DNA of 63,981 nt, filler included, from Basidiobolus ranarum (Eukaryota): assembly GCA_040143965.1 (NCBI GenBank). It is 4 parts of 4 records of this genome, joined end to end, with 100 filler letters (N's around TTAATTAATTAA, not from the genome) between each part and the next. Parts side by side here need not be neighbours in the genome. Positions count along the whole stretch, not along the records: positions 32,336 to 48,362 come from JASJQH010000357.1; positions 48,463 to 63,981 come from JASJQH010000375.1; 2 more parts are not named here. One strand, written 5' to 3'. How positions within the stretch are numbered: position 1 is the stretch's first letter; every line of letters starts with the position of its first letter. Positions 47,524 through 61,260 of this stretch are shown here, in pieces. The position numbers and the translations under genes are program-made. The notes below the pieces were generated by a model. That model was not told the origin of the DNA and made no database searches. It saw only the letters and a program-made list of their open reading frames with translations.

Positions 47524-48362
47524 AGCAAGTTTTAGTAAACATTAGAGCAATGATGAATATCCACCTATATACTGACCCCCCTGACTCTCACCCACTTGAT
47601 TCATTGAATAATCTGCTTCACTTATTTGAATTCGTTTGTAGTAATATTAGATACTCCTTTTGAAATAAACCATACATGTTGCTTTTTTTCACCATTCAAG
47701 TTGCCGTTTCTTATAGCTATCCTTGACAAACCTCTTTAGAATCATGTTTCGTGACAGCCTTAATGGATGGATTGAATTCATTGCTTTCCGAACTACCTAC
47801 GGTACAATCACTGTTTTAGCTAAAATAATCTTGCTGCTTCCACATCACAGCATGGTTAATAAGTCACTGTAAGTTGGAACTATATGCGGAATTCATTTTT
47901 TCTCTTCTTTTACTTCCTATGGAATTTGATGTATTAGATTCAAATTGGAGATAATAGCTTGAATCATATTTGAATGGAGAATTGATGTGGTTTAATTCAG
48001 ACTAGTTGACAAACCATCGTGTATAATTCGATTTTAAATCAATTTAGGGAATTTTATGGGATGTTAAATTATTTTCTCATCTTAAAAATAATTTTTCAGT
48101 TTGATATCCATAAATGGTATACAAAGAAAGTATAAATAAGCCGGTTCTATCACTATTGATCCTCACGACTGTACTTTACAGGATTATGTATATAGTACAT
48201 TCCCAGTCTTTGTTTCCCAACAAAGACACTAATACCAAGCTGGTTGACGAGTGGTAGTGCGCTGTCCGTAAAGGGAAGTGTGGGATGTGTTCGATTAGCT
48301 CCTCGGAACTTCTGAACCTTCTCAGTTGATGATCTTGCCAGTCGATTATTCCAACGACTAGG

Positions 48363-48462
48363 NNNNNNNNNNNNNNNNNNNNNNNNNNNNNNNNNNNNNN
48401 NNNNNNTTAATTAATTAANNNNNNNNNNNNNNNNNNNNNNNNNNNNNNNNNNNNNNNNNNNN
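48363..48462. other. Artificial contig linker
   Basis: N-run + TTAATTAATTAA. Confidence 0.95.
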
Positions 48463-49674
<1,212 letters not shown>

Positions 49675-50431
49675 TGTATTATCTCCATATACTTGATATC
49701 CTTCTCCATCTTCATGTACATCTGTTCCATTCCTCAATCATAATTAGTTAATTTTTATCCCACAATCTTCTTATTACACATGAGGGCAATACTTTCTGTT
49801 TCTATCGCTACTGTTATCGGCTCCCATTTCCTCACTTATGGCGAAACAATGGTGTAAAGAGATCTATTGAATTCTTTTTTATTACAGTTCTCTCTGGCTC
49901 ATTGAATCACCAGATACTTTCCGAGAATACCTTTCTATTTATGATTTTATGTTTCCTTCTAATGGGTGGGCGCGGTAGTGCCATTTATTCTCATTGAATT
50001 GCTCTCTCGGATGACGGTCTTTTCTTATGACAAGAGAAACGCCATCTTCATTTTAGGATCACCCTATAATCCCTAGATCATTATTTTCGTACTGATTAGA
50101 ACACATACCGATAAATATAGATCATTGAGTTTAGCTATGTAGGATCATCTGGTCGATACCAAATCTAGCTAGTAGTTCTCCCAAAGTGAAATCGATCGTC
50201 TAGCCCAAATTTCTCTACAGCGACGATCACAATTCACTAGTAGGGTACAAGTGATGTTTATTCGATGTGCTTTTTGCTTGGCATAAATCATTTGGGAAAT
50301 AAGGCTTTTATAGAGCAAGTATATATATAATAGAGAGCCAGGTCACTAGCCATAGGATTTGGAAGTAAAAGCAAAATAACAAATACATTTGAATTGAGGC
50401 ATAAATTTCTCTACATCTGGCCCGGTCAATC

Positions 50432-50866
50432 TCAACGAGTTTCTCCACGAAGCCTCCTTGCCAAGTAGATATCTTTTGGCTGTATCGTAACTCGTTTGGC
50501 ATGAATGGCTGCCAAATTTGTATCCTCGAATAAGGTGACCAGATGTGCTTCAGTGGCCTCTTGTAGTGCGGCGATAGCAGAGCCTTGAAAGCGCAGGTCA
50601 GTTTTAAAACGACTGGCTATCTCGCGTACCAGTCTTTGAAACGGTAATTTACTGATCAGAAGCTCGGTAGTTTTCTGGTAACGTCGGATTTCTCTTAGGG
50701 CCACTGTACCGGGCTTATATCTATGAGGTCTTTTCCCGCTATACACTCTTTTACCTGACATGGGTACATTTGCACTCTTACCTTTACGAATATTTGGTGG
50801 GATAATATGCTTTCTAGGTGCCTTTCCACCGGTGGATTTGCGAGCGGTTTGTTTAGTTCTAGCCAT
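50432..50866 (-). CDS. Histone H3 variant (144 aa, intronless) with divergent distal tail
   Basis: [19 protein letters not shown]-terminus and an intact histone fold ([12 protein letters not shown]...[15 protein letters not shown]); the segment equivalent to residues 19-37 is replaced and 8 aa longer. Confidence 0.9.
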   Translation of the reverse strand: MARTKQTARKSTGGKAPRKHIIPPNIRKGKSANVPMSGKRVYSGKRPHRYKPGTVALREIRRYQKTTELLISKLPFQRLVREIASRFKTDLRFQGSAIAALQEATEAHLVTLFEDTNLAAIHAKRVTIQPKDIYLARRLRGETR

Positions 50867-52887
50867 TTCTTTAATAAAGGGTAAAAGAATGGAGAAGACC
50901 CAAGGGTTGAAGGAGATTCAAACACTCTTAACACCCAACATCTCTCTACCATCTCTAGATCACCACCTCCACTAATTTGAAACGAATGATATTCATATGA
51001 TGGGTTACCCAATTTCCTATACATTTTAATAGTTTATTTTTATCTCGAATTATCCACCTTGCATTCAGGACACCTGATTGGATGGCTTCCATTGATATCT
51101 TGTTTGATGACATCCAAGACCCACCGGTTAGAATGAAGCTGTAGTGAGTGCTCGTCCTATGAGAAGGAAAGATATTAATAAGCTTCTACTTGTGGTCAAC
51201 AAGAGAGAGTAGCATCTGAGTAAACATCAGACTCCATCGCAATGATCGCCAGAGTGATTATGTTATGTCAACTAAATGAAATGATGGATTAAGTTTGATT
51301 AGTGAAAATCAACCACCACAGCGAAACCACTCTGTTTACACATGAAGTTAGATAGACGAGAAGTGAATGAATAGTTACATATCTATTCCAATACCCAATG
51401 AAATCACCTTACATCACTGCTTTAATCAGTTTGGTTTTCTATACAAACTATGAATCATGAATCTGTAGAATGGAATAGAAATTATCTCTGAATGTATTTC
51501 AATGACTGAGTGGAACGAGGGAAATTTCTATTCTTGCTACCGTTTCTATTTACTAACCATTCCTAGAATAACTGACTTTCATTTTTAAGTGAAGATATGA
51601 TAGAATGAGATACAGAAGAGGAGATACAAAGTGAATGCTCACACTCTCATCACTTCCCAATTATCTTTCAGCATATATATCGAGATCCAAGTCGAAACAT
51701 TCCATTGGGAAATGTTATGTGAGGTTCCAAATAAAAATAGTCTGGAAGAGATTTATTGACAACACTTATTAACCAGAAGAGTGATAAAGTAGAATAATTC
51801 AATCGGTGTTATTACATGTCATGATTAAATTTATCGAAGCTTCTTATACGGAAAATATGGTTGGTTTGCTTAAAGAGATGCCAATTTGTTGAACTGATGC
51901 TATGAAGTGTAAATCCCCTTTTTTAATGGGCATTTTGTTGCTTAGCCTTGGCTAGAAGGAGAGGGAGAGAGAGAGAGAGATTAGTCTGAAATTCTTTCGA
52001 TTCAAATAGGGTTGTTTCTTTATCACTTACCCAAGGGGTTACGAGGATCGTTGGCGTATTCAGGAGCTGTAGTAAATTAAGTAAAGCGTTAAAGAAAAGT
52101 CCTTCCTAACTAAAAGTCAACTTTCCTTTCCAACAAACCTTGGATCATAGCGTTCTGAAGTTTAGCAACCAAGAAGAAAGTGATAACTCCACCGGCGAAG
52201 AAAGGGAACATAGGACGGAATACGGGTGTAGACCAAGCACGAAGACCGAAGAAACTCATATTATTTGGTTGAAAATTATTCAAAGTGGGTAGTGTTAAGA
52301 AACGTGGTTGTTTTTCTAGACCAAGTCAAGTTTAAAGGTCGAATGGTTCAGCAAATGAGAAGGGATCCAATTTTCTCCAGTTATCCTAATACCTTACTCA
52401 ATTTCTGCTGCCCCACAGAATCCTATTTTCAATTATCTTTCTCCCCAATTTTTGAATTTGGGGTGGTTTTTTCACACATTATTTTCACCAATTCTCTCAT
52501 GGAAATTGCACCCCATGGATCACGTGCACGAGAGGGGGGTGATCGTTTAATCCAAAAAAAACCTCGGAGCCATTTAGGTTTAAACATATTGCTTTACTAG
52601 TATGTGTAGAAATTATAAAGAAAATCAAAGTGCGCATCGTATTATCCGAGTCAACCACAACATTGGAAGGCATATGGCCAACAACCGACTTACAAAGGCT
52701 CTTAATTTGACAGATACAAGGTTACATAAATCGTAATCAAAGAGTAATAAACACGAGTCATTGACGAATACTAAGACAAGGTACAAATACGTTTTCTGGT
52801 TCAATGTTAACGTTAGAAAGAGGGATGGCGAGAAGAGAAGGGAGTCTAGCTTTGTTAGCTAAAGTATGTATAGCATGTTGTGGCTGA

Positions 52888-54570
52888 TTAATCGTGATGC
52901 TTCTTATACGGGATAGACAGGCAATTAATTCCAAGATAAGTGCAGAATCGATCAATCACTAGCAAGGCCCAATGGCAATAGGCGGTCGCTGCAAACACAA
53001 AGAAAGCCACCAAGTAGTAATATTCGCTGGTCGGTGTATGGAGAGGTTTGCTAATGAAAAGAAATGGTGAGTGAAAATGGCTGGCAACAAAGAGAAACAT
53101 ATGAATACATACATATCAAACCAAACTGGAGCATTGACAATCAAGGCACCAATTATAATTGGTATAATCAATACGGTGAACATGGGAAATTCACTTTTGG
53201 TGACATGGGAAAGTATAATTTTAGTCGCCATACGTCCAAACACGATACCAACCGTGATAATAAAAAAGATCAAATGCTCTCTTAACATCACAGAATAAGG
53301 TGAGGCAAGCCAAAGATAAGTGCTCACAAGATAAACCACCATAGAGAAAAGTTGAAGAAGAGTTGAGGCGTAACTCTTATTCTTCTCTTGACAGGCTTTG
53401 TAGACTGCCTTGAAGCTAATGATAAATGTTGTATTCGAGTTAGAGATGTTACTAGATTTTGTTCAAAATAAACAAATGCTATACCATGCAGGTGAATGGA
53501 CAAAGACAATCACCGAGTACATAAAGACAAACATCAAGTCGAGCAAGTTTGTGCTTTGAGGAATGAATGGTAGCGTGAACCCTCCAAGGTAGTTCACCAC
53601 GGGAGTTCTCCAAAACTGCGGGCCTGCGAGAAGTTAATTACTATCTACATTCTCTTTTTTATGGCAGGATGTAACTACTAAACTTACCATAGAGCCCAGT
53701 CAAAATATTACAAACACATGACATGACGAGACCCTCAGTCGGTCCATTAAACACACCAAGATATAGTACACCTGTATGGTACTCTTCCCATGTAGAAAGG
53801 TAGAAGGGAATAATGGCTGAATTTGAAATAGCACTGTTATTTCCAGATACTTCTTACTAAACAGAACATTACAATACTTACTCATAGCAGTAATAAGTAC
53901 GGTATACCAACCAAACCCAAGACCCATTCCAGCAGCTTGAACAATACAGCCAATAGAACAGTTCAAAGCGTCACAACCATGATCGAATAGCTCGCCTAAG
54001 TCAATAGTTGAAACGGTAAAGATAGGGTTTCAAAGGAAAATATCCTACGGGCTTACACAAAAGACACATACCTAAAGGTGAAGAGCTTCCAGTACGACGA
54101 GCCTGTTTACCGTCAACATTGTCGAAAGTAGAGTATAGCCAGATACCAGCAGCAAAGCTAAGATAATATTCAAGGTGAATTTTGATAGTTACGGGACTAT
54201 ATAGATGAAATAGCTACCTATAATACAACCAAGGAGGAGCGTATGACTCCAGATCGGGAATGTAGTATAAGGCACAAAAGAAGTTAATCACCACAAAGCC
54301 AAGACCGCATAAGGTAATTAAGTTAGGTCTAATAACGTTAAAGTGTTAGGATGTAACCTTTGCAACGACAACGTCTTGATATGAAGAACAAACATAGAGT
54401 ACTAACGCCATCCAAAGTGGAAATAAGTTTACGCAAGCATTCCAATAATGACGAAGAATGTAATGGCTCAGGTAAGACTTGTCTATAGCAGCATATTTGT
54501 AGAGCCGCAAATTACTAAGTGCCTCGTCTGAGACATACTCTGATTTACTTGAGAGTCCAATAAAACCCAT
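52888..54570 (-). CDS. Choline/ethanolamine phosphotransferase (CPT1/EPT1 family), multi-exon
   Basis: LRLYKYAAIDKSYLSHYIL, PLWMA-PNLITL and the CDP-alcohol phosphotransferase motif [26 protein letters not shown]; ends LGINCLSIPYKKHHD*. Confidence 0.9.
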
Positions 54571-56247
54571 TGTTTATAGTTGATTGGAAAATTATACAAG
54601 TTACACTGAAAAATTAATGCGTTACTATCAAGAGACCGTTCAGAAGGGAGGGTTAGTAAGGATATTAAACGGCTATTCCTCTTGAAAGACTTGATAAAAG
54701 AGTAAAGCGAAACTAGCAGAGCAAGCCTATGTTGACTTTGAGTGCTCGTTTTAGATGTGTAGAATAATTTATGTAGTTGATTTACAAGATACATTCACTC
54801 TGAAGATATTAATTGGCCCATGTGAAGAGGAATATTTCATTCGTATCGCCCTTAAACACTAGCGCTTGGCGATTGGCTGTACCTGACTGTTTAAGCTTGA
54901 GCGCTCAAAAACTTCACGTTCGTTTTTGGAATGAATCGAACAAAACTGCATTTTGTCTTTAGCGAAGGTGAATACTTGTTCAGAAATGATTGGGCTAAGA
55001 AACATTGAATTGCAAAAACCCCGAGGAAATCACCACCAGTTGCTACATAGATGAGGTTAGAAGCAAATATAATTTGTACATAATCATCCAAATCACCACT
55101 ATGTAAAGCACCAAGGTTGTTGCACAAGGGATTGAATAAGGTAGAGACACGTATCAAATCTTAAGAAAGGAGAGATGTGCCTGATTATGAATGCTACGCT
55201 GCTGTAGATGTACTCTACAGAACCTCGGCAATTCGTACTCGGCAACCGTCAGCAATAACATCGATATTTAATCCTGGGCTTGGCAAGGTCATCATTGCGT
55301 ATGATAAACCTTGATTGCCCATAACGTATATATATGTAGGTTACCAGACATTTGTATAACATTGCTGTTGATCTGCCCAAACTCGCCAAATCACTTGGTC
55401 TGTTCAGCAAAAAGAGTAATAACTGTCAACAACACTGTAAATGATACGATGATAACACCAAGGTTCGTATACATATGACTGAGTACACTAAGGAGCAGAA
55501 GTAAGGAGCCAATCAATATCGAAGTTAATTTATACCTCTCCATTCACTCTTGCAATAGAGATAGTATTGGCATGTGACACCCAGATGTGGTTGTTATTTT
55601 CACTCATTGGCTCAAATCCAGCGCGGGAATCTGCATTACTTTAAGCACTTGCGCTACAAATGTACGCATTCAATATTCTCGAAATCCTGGTATCGTGATC
55701 AGTTGCATCAAGTAGAAGCATTTTAAAATGACATATGTATCATGATACAGCATATGAAGTATACTTCTTGGAGAAGGGTCTAGTAGTATTGGATTACAAC
55801 TGTAGTAAATTAAATGTCACATCGAGAAGTGAATGTGCTGTCCCCTGTAAACCAGGTTGTGTCAATAAATTACCATAATTAGCGGCGTTTTATAAATTTC
55901 TATAGTATTTTGCATTGAGATGGAAAGTGTAAGGAAATGGCATTCTTGTATATTTCAATGATGTTCAAGCAGATTGGAGTGCAACTGAGATGTCAATAAT
56001 CCAGAAAACATTGCCTTCTCAAAAGTGCGCATTATAATAATAACATAATTGCATACAACGTGACAATCATACTATGGGGGAAAATGCGCTTTGCATACAA
56101 GAATATTTTATGACTACTTGAATAGTTACTGAGACCCTAAAACCCTAATTTGTTTCATATTCTTCAAATCCAATCTTTTTAGTACTTCTTATATGATGCA
56201 CAATGTGTAATAGCTTAACAATCACCAGTACCCAAGTCTCTTGTAGT

Positions 56248-56619
56248 TGTTAAAGTATTTGGGAGCCTGTTGGAAGTGGTTTGGAGAATTGGAGAAATTA
56301 GTGGTTTTCACTTGTTGATTTATTGAGTAGAAAGTTGACATTTATACTTTTGTCAAGATGTAAGCAAACTAACATGTAGAATGTGCTAAGAAATGTCCCA
56401 GGAACATGTGTGCAACGTTTGGGCTTCTAGCACAAGTTTGAAAAATCTATATATCTGAGAACTTCATGGTGGGTAAAAATATTCTAAGTAAATTCCTCAT
56501 GAGAATAATGGATAATATCTTAGTGAATTATAAGATTACTAAGTACTAAGCTATATATGACTATGTATGTGTTTAGGCAAAGCCAAACCACTTCCAACAG
56601 GCTCCCAAATACTTTAACA
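56248..56619 (+). mobile_element. Repeat-family copy with a perfect 37-38-bp terminal inverted repeat (MITE-like structure)
   Basis: 56247-56284 is the exact reverse complement of 56583-56620; the interior matches the other family copies. Confidence 0.75.
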
Positions 56620-59600
56620 ATTTTGCAGCAATGAATATGCACCTGCTCTTGATAGATGAAATACCAGAGAATAGTAAAGAAAATTTTTTTAATTATACAA
56701 ATAAGTGATTCTTAATTCATATGGTCCTTTTATGAAATTGACTGCAGAAATCCCATTCAATGTAACTCTTAAGTGTTTCATGATTTAATCCTATTTTTTA
56801 TTTTGACTTGATGACTTTTAATCAGGATTATCTATATTCTATATCTGAAAAGAAAAACATATCTGTCACTATTGTGATCATACTCCAGCTTTTGGTATGC
56901 TCATGTCATACGTCTAGCTTATAACACATACTATTTAGTCAAGCTTGTAATTCTACTTTTCACTCCATCACTGTTACTCCCTATAGTACCAACGAAAGCT
57001 CTCTAACCATTTATATTGTGGAGTGTCTGGTATAATTAGAAGAAATTTATCAATTCCACTTGCTATATTGCATTAAAAAAACTAATTGAGTCTTTTCCCC
57101 AGACAAGATAGAATAATAACAAGCTTGTATTGCTAGGGTATTAAAGAGGTTGAGAAATAGCTTGAGGAGTTTCTGGTGAGTTACAAGTTGACTTAACACT
57201 TTTGAGATACATGAATATTTAGGTACATAACTCCAGTATTTCAACAGTTATCATAAATCATCTTTTGGCTTGCAATTCCGGTATATTCCATCATTCAATA
57301 GGGAAAATAATATTAGGTTTATTCTGATCAGAGCTACTGCACCAATTGCTAGAATGTGGTATTCATGTTATATTCATATTACATCTGACATGTGCTTGGC
57401 TATCTAGTAGCAAACGATGACTGCATTGAATTGTGACCAATCACTTGAGTTTATGTCTAGAAGCTTTCAGCGACACGGTGGCAGTCGAGCTTAAATGTTT
57501 ATTAACTGCAGAGTCTAGAATCCAGTTGAACAGTAGTGAACAGTAAGATATAAAGCATGTTGATAAGTTGAAGGTAGTTGGGGGCTTGATTACAGCTAGA
57601 TCCACCACCATACTTCTAGCCTTCGTAGCCATTGTTGTGACATTTTACAAATAGAGCGTTGCCACCTTTCTCCACTTTTGGATAAGATGTTCCCATTTTA
57701 ACACTGGGTAAGATTTAAAAATTTTCGATCCAGGGCTACAAATATAGGTGCAGATATACTGGAAATAACGTAATATCTTTTAATACTTGGAATATACGCA
57801 TTACCATATGCGTGTGCAACCAGACCTGACAGACAAGGTCTGGGATGGATGGGTAAAAAACCATCCGACTACTAAACAAGTTTGCAGATTAGCTTCTTAG
57901 GAGTAAAATTCTGTAGAATACGCCTCGTAATCGAGCAACTATTCATTGGCATTACCAACAAAACTACTGAGCTATCTCAAGGCCCACATACCGAGCAGGT
58001 GATGATCATCAAGCACCATTGAGACGCTAATCAAGTCAGTTGGATACGAATATGAATTTGTTTCGTGAGAAGAGCCAGAGCAATTTACTGTGGACTGACC
58101 CCAACACGATTGGACGATCGGTCAACATGTTGAGTTTTTTTCCACGGTTGCGAATTTTCGATTACCAAATCTATCTGCGAAAAATTTGTAATTTTAGGGA
58201 CCGTATTACGACTACCACCCCCTTTTCCTAATTGGGATTTTTCGGGATAATGGAAGGAGAAAATACTGATTAGGGTTCTGTTGGTGAATTCTTCCAAATT
58301 TGATAATCTCCGTTGGATAGCATCTCCCAGAATAATTTTAATGAAACCATAGAGGTGACAAATTCTAAATACAAGTAATCTGCTTCAAACAGTTACGAGA
58401 CTGAGAAACTAGACACAGAAAGCTTAAATCTACCATTCCATTTGGGAATCCCCCCGCTTGTAGCAAGTAGTAGCCAACCGTATTTCATTTCAAAACCACG
58501 TAGTTGTTGGGCTCCGTCATTCCAGAATAGTCTATATCAAGCCGGCATTTGTTCATGATGACTCTGGCAAGAATACGGCCAAGCATCTGGAAGCAGTTCG
58601 AGATAGAATTGAAGACTGATACAAGTGGCATTCATATTTTGTTGAGCTAACGTCGTATTTATGTCTCTACCTACATAGCCTCTATAGCGTTGCTACTAGC
58701 AACTTCAAAGTAACAGCCAATCGGAGGAGATAATTGCCACTGCTTCGAGAATTAGAATAATGCACTTCATGATCTGGAGGTGTTGAAGTAAACAACATCT
58801 CCCCAGCATTAAAGATGGACGGCAACTATCTATCGAATGGCACTTGATTGAAGCTGCTTGCGAATAGCAGCACTAACAATCCGATGTTACCTCACCTTAC
58901 CGCATGGATTGATGTAATCTTACTGATGCTCCGCCCTTTGTGGTTAGAATTCAATGATACACTTCTTGGGGCTGCGTTCCATCTTTCATCCGTAATAGTG
59001 TAACCATTTCCTTATGAATCGCTGCATGCTATCATTCTCAGCAGCCCCTGAATCAGAAACTCCTTAGCACCTAGTTGTCAATGGAATTAGCAATCAGTCT
59101 CTAGTTGGGAGGCTTCATTGCGCACGTTCATTGGAGGGTTTGTTTACCATCAGGGATTATCCAAACAAGCATGAGCGTGCGAAAATATCGTTCTAAATCC
59201 AGATTCTTGGTATCGAGAATCTAACTTCAATCGAACAATGTTGAAAGTTGGCGGAATTCAAATCGGTGTTAGTTGAATTCCTATTTGGGTTGGAAGGAAA
59301 ATTCATGCAAAAGGGCTCGAAATTGTCGCTAAGAAATCTCGGACTAAGAATGAGGAAGGTCCCGCTCTTGGACTTGACACTTTCATGGCCATAGGGCAGG
59401 TTTGATGAATATCCACGAATACGTTGTGCTTTTGACAGAAAGACACGACAACCCATTTGCCAAGTCGGTCTACTTGAGATCAGCGATTGTTGGCAGCAAT
59501 CTCTGGATTCGCCCTCAGGGGATAAAAAGGATCAAACTAATAATAGTTCGCTCCATAGAGCTAGAAACGTGTCGTCTGAATGCCAAAAGGAAATAAATTA

Positions 59601-60120
59601 ATCAGGTTCCTCAAACACCACTTTGATGGTACGAAGTGAAAAGAAACTTGCCAAATCTACGTTACCTAATACATCATTCATGAAGTTCTCTGGAATGATT
59701 GATGCTCTCATTCATACATGTTACTCACCATTTATAACTACTGCCCTACACAATACATACCCGAACAATTGTATCCACATCCGTAGCTTTTAGATCGATC
59801 TTACTTTAAGAAGAGTACTCCCCATATATCGGGGACAACTATTATACACTTCCAAATATAAATCTTCCATGCATTAATTTAATCTACTTATCACAGTGGG
59901 TTTTCGATATTATTTCTTGCAAATGGCATAATTGTATCCACCAATGGGACCTCGACTCTCAGCACCTGGACGCTCATTGAGCCAGATGGTGATTCCCAAA
60001 CATGGAACTGGGATCGAATATAGCTGCAGAATGTGGTCGTGTTGAGCACACCGAAAAACTATATAAGCTATTAGTTGGAAAAAGCACACATTGTCTAAAT
60101 CAACTATAGCGATCATTACA

Positions 60121-61260
60121 ATGAAACAAAACTTACTGGACATTACACTGCAAGATAAATTCCTCGTTTTGCATGGCTCCTCAACCGAAGCTGCCGGAGC
60201 AGTTTTAAGAGGTTGCGTGGTTCTTCGTTTGAAGGAGGCAATCAAGCTAAGATCCTTAAAACTTAACCTTAGAGGCAAAGTCGATGTCAAATGGGCTTCT
60301 GGTATGTATATAACTTACGTTTCCAAAATCTATTCTCCATAGATTACTGACCTTACTTCTTCTTTAGCTGCTGGTCCTAAACCTGATGTATATCATGTCA
60401 AAAAAACTATATTGAGTTCTTCTCTTACTATCTTAGAGGCTCAAGAACATGTTCACACAATTCCCGCCGGTGAAACTAAATATGAATTTGAGTTTCCATT
60501 CAACGGTGATCTCCCAGAAACAGTACACACGGATCAAGGTCATATCTACTACTCTCTCAAAGCTATAGCCGAGCGTTCTTTCTTGGTCAGAAACGTTGTT
60601 GCCAAAAAAGATGTATTGGTTAAGCGTTTTTCCTCTACAAACAATGTGGAAGACATTGAACCGCTCACTTTGATGCGTGTCTTCAATAGCGATGCCGCTT
60701 GCGATGTGTTCATTCCAAAGAAAGCTTATGGAATTGGTGAAACTTTCCCTATTCGATTCCAATTGACTCCCTTCATGGAATGCATACGCGTTACCAAAGT
60801 CAGCTGCAGACTCACACAGAAGGTCAGTTATGGCGATCCCAATTCGGAAAAGGTTCGTTCTGTCAAGAGATGGCGCCAAGTTGCCTCACAACAACTGGAC
60901 GGAAATGAGTTGATTCTTCCCGTCAAAATTCCTTCCCAAGGCATCTTCTTCCATGCCTGTAATACGGATTATATTCGCACTGAGCATGAGATGACCCTCA
61001 AGATTGATTTTTCCGTAAATGGAAAGCTTGAGATTGGTTATATTCGTTTTCCATTCACCATTGCTGCCGAGAGCAGTGACGAGTTTTTTGATGTACTTCC
61101 TCCCTATGCTTCATACGCTGCTAATCCAATGACTTTTGCCCTCCCACCCACCTATGGCGAACCTGGTGTTGTCGAGCGAGTTGCAAACGATCTACCCTCG
61201 TATGAAGCCATTTGTGAAACTGAGTCATCAGCCTGCGTGGTGTTACCTGTCAAAAACTAA
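60121..61260 (+). CDS. Alpha-arrestin (ART-type ubiquitin-ligase adaptor), 2 exons
   Basis: Arrestin_N LRGCVVLRL...LRGKVDVKW, YEFEFPFNGDLPETV..GHIYYSLKA; C-terminal PY motifs LPPY, PPTY, LPSY; intron 60302-60367. Confidence 0.85.

Noticed and set aside
50432-50866. CenH3/Cse4 assignment
   Set aside because: Canonical first 18 residues, normal loop 1 length, and retained H3-diagnostic Q/F/T residues.
56248-56619. Penelope-like pseudo-LTR with hammerhead ribozyme
   Set aside because: No CTGANGA...GAAA core was seen on either strand; TG...CA ends and 5-bp TSDs in sister copies fit an LTR origin better.
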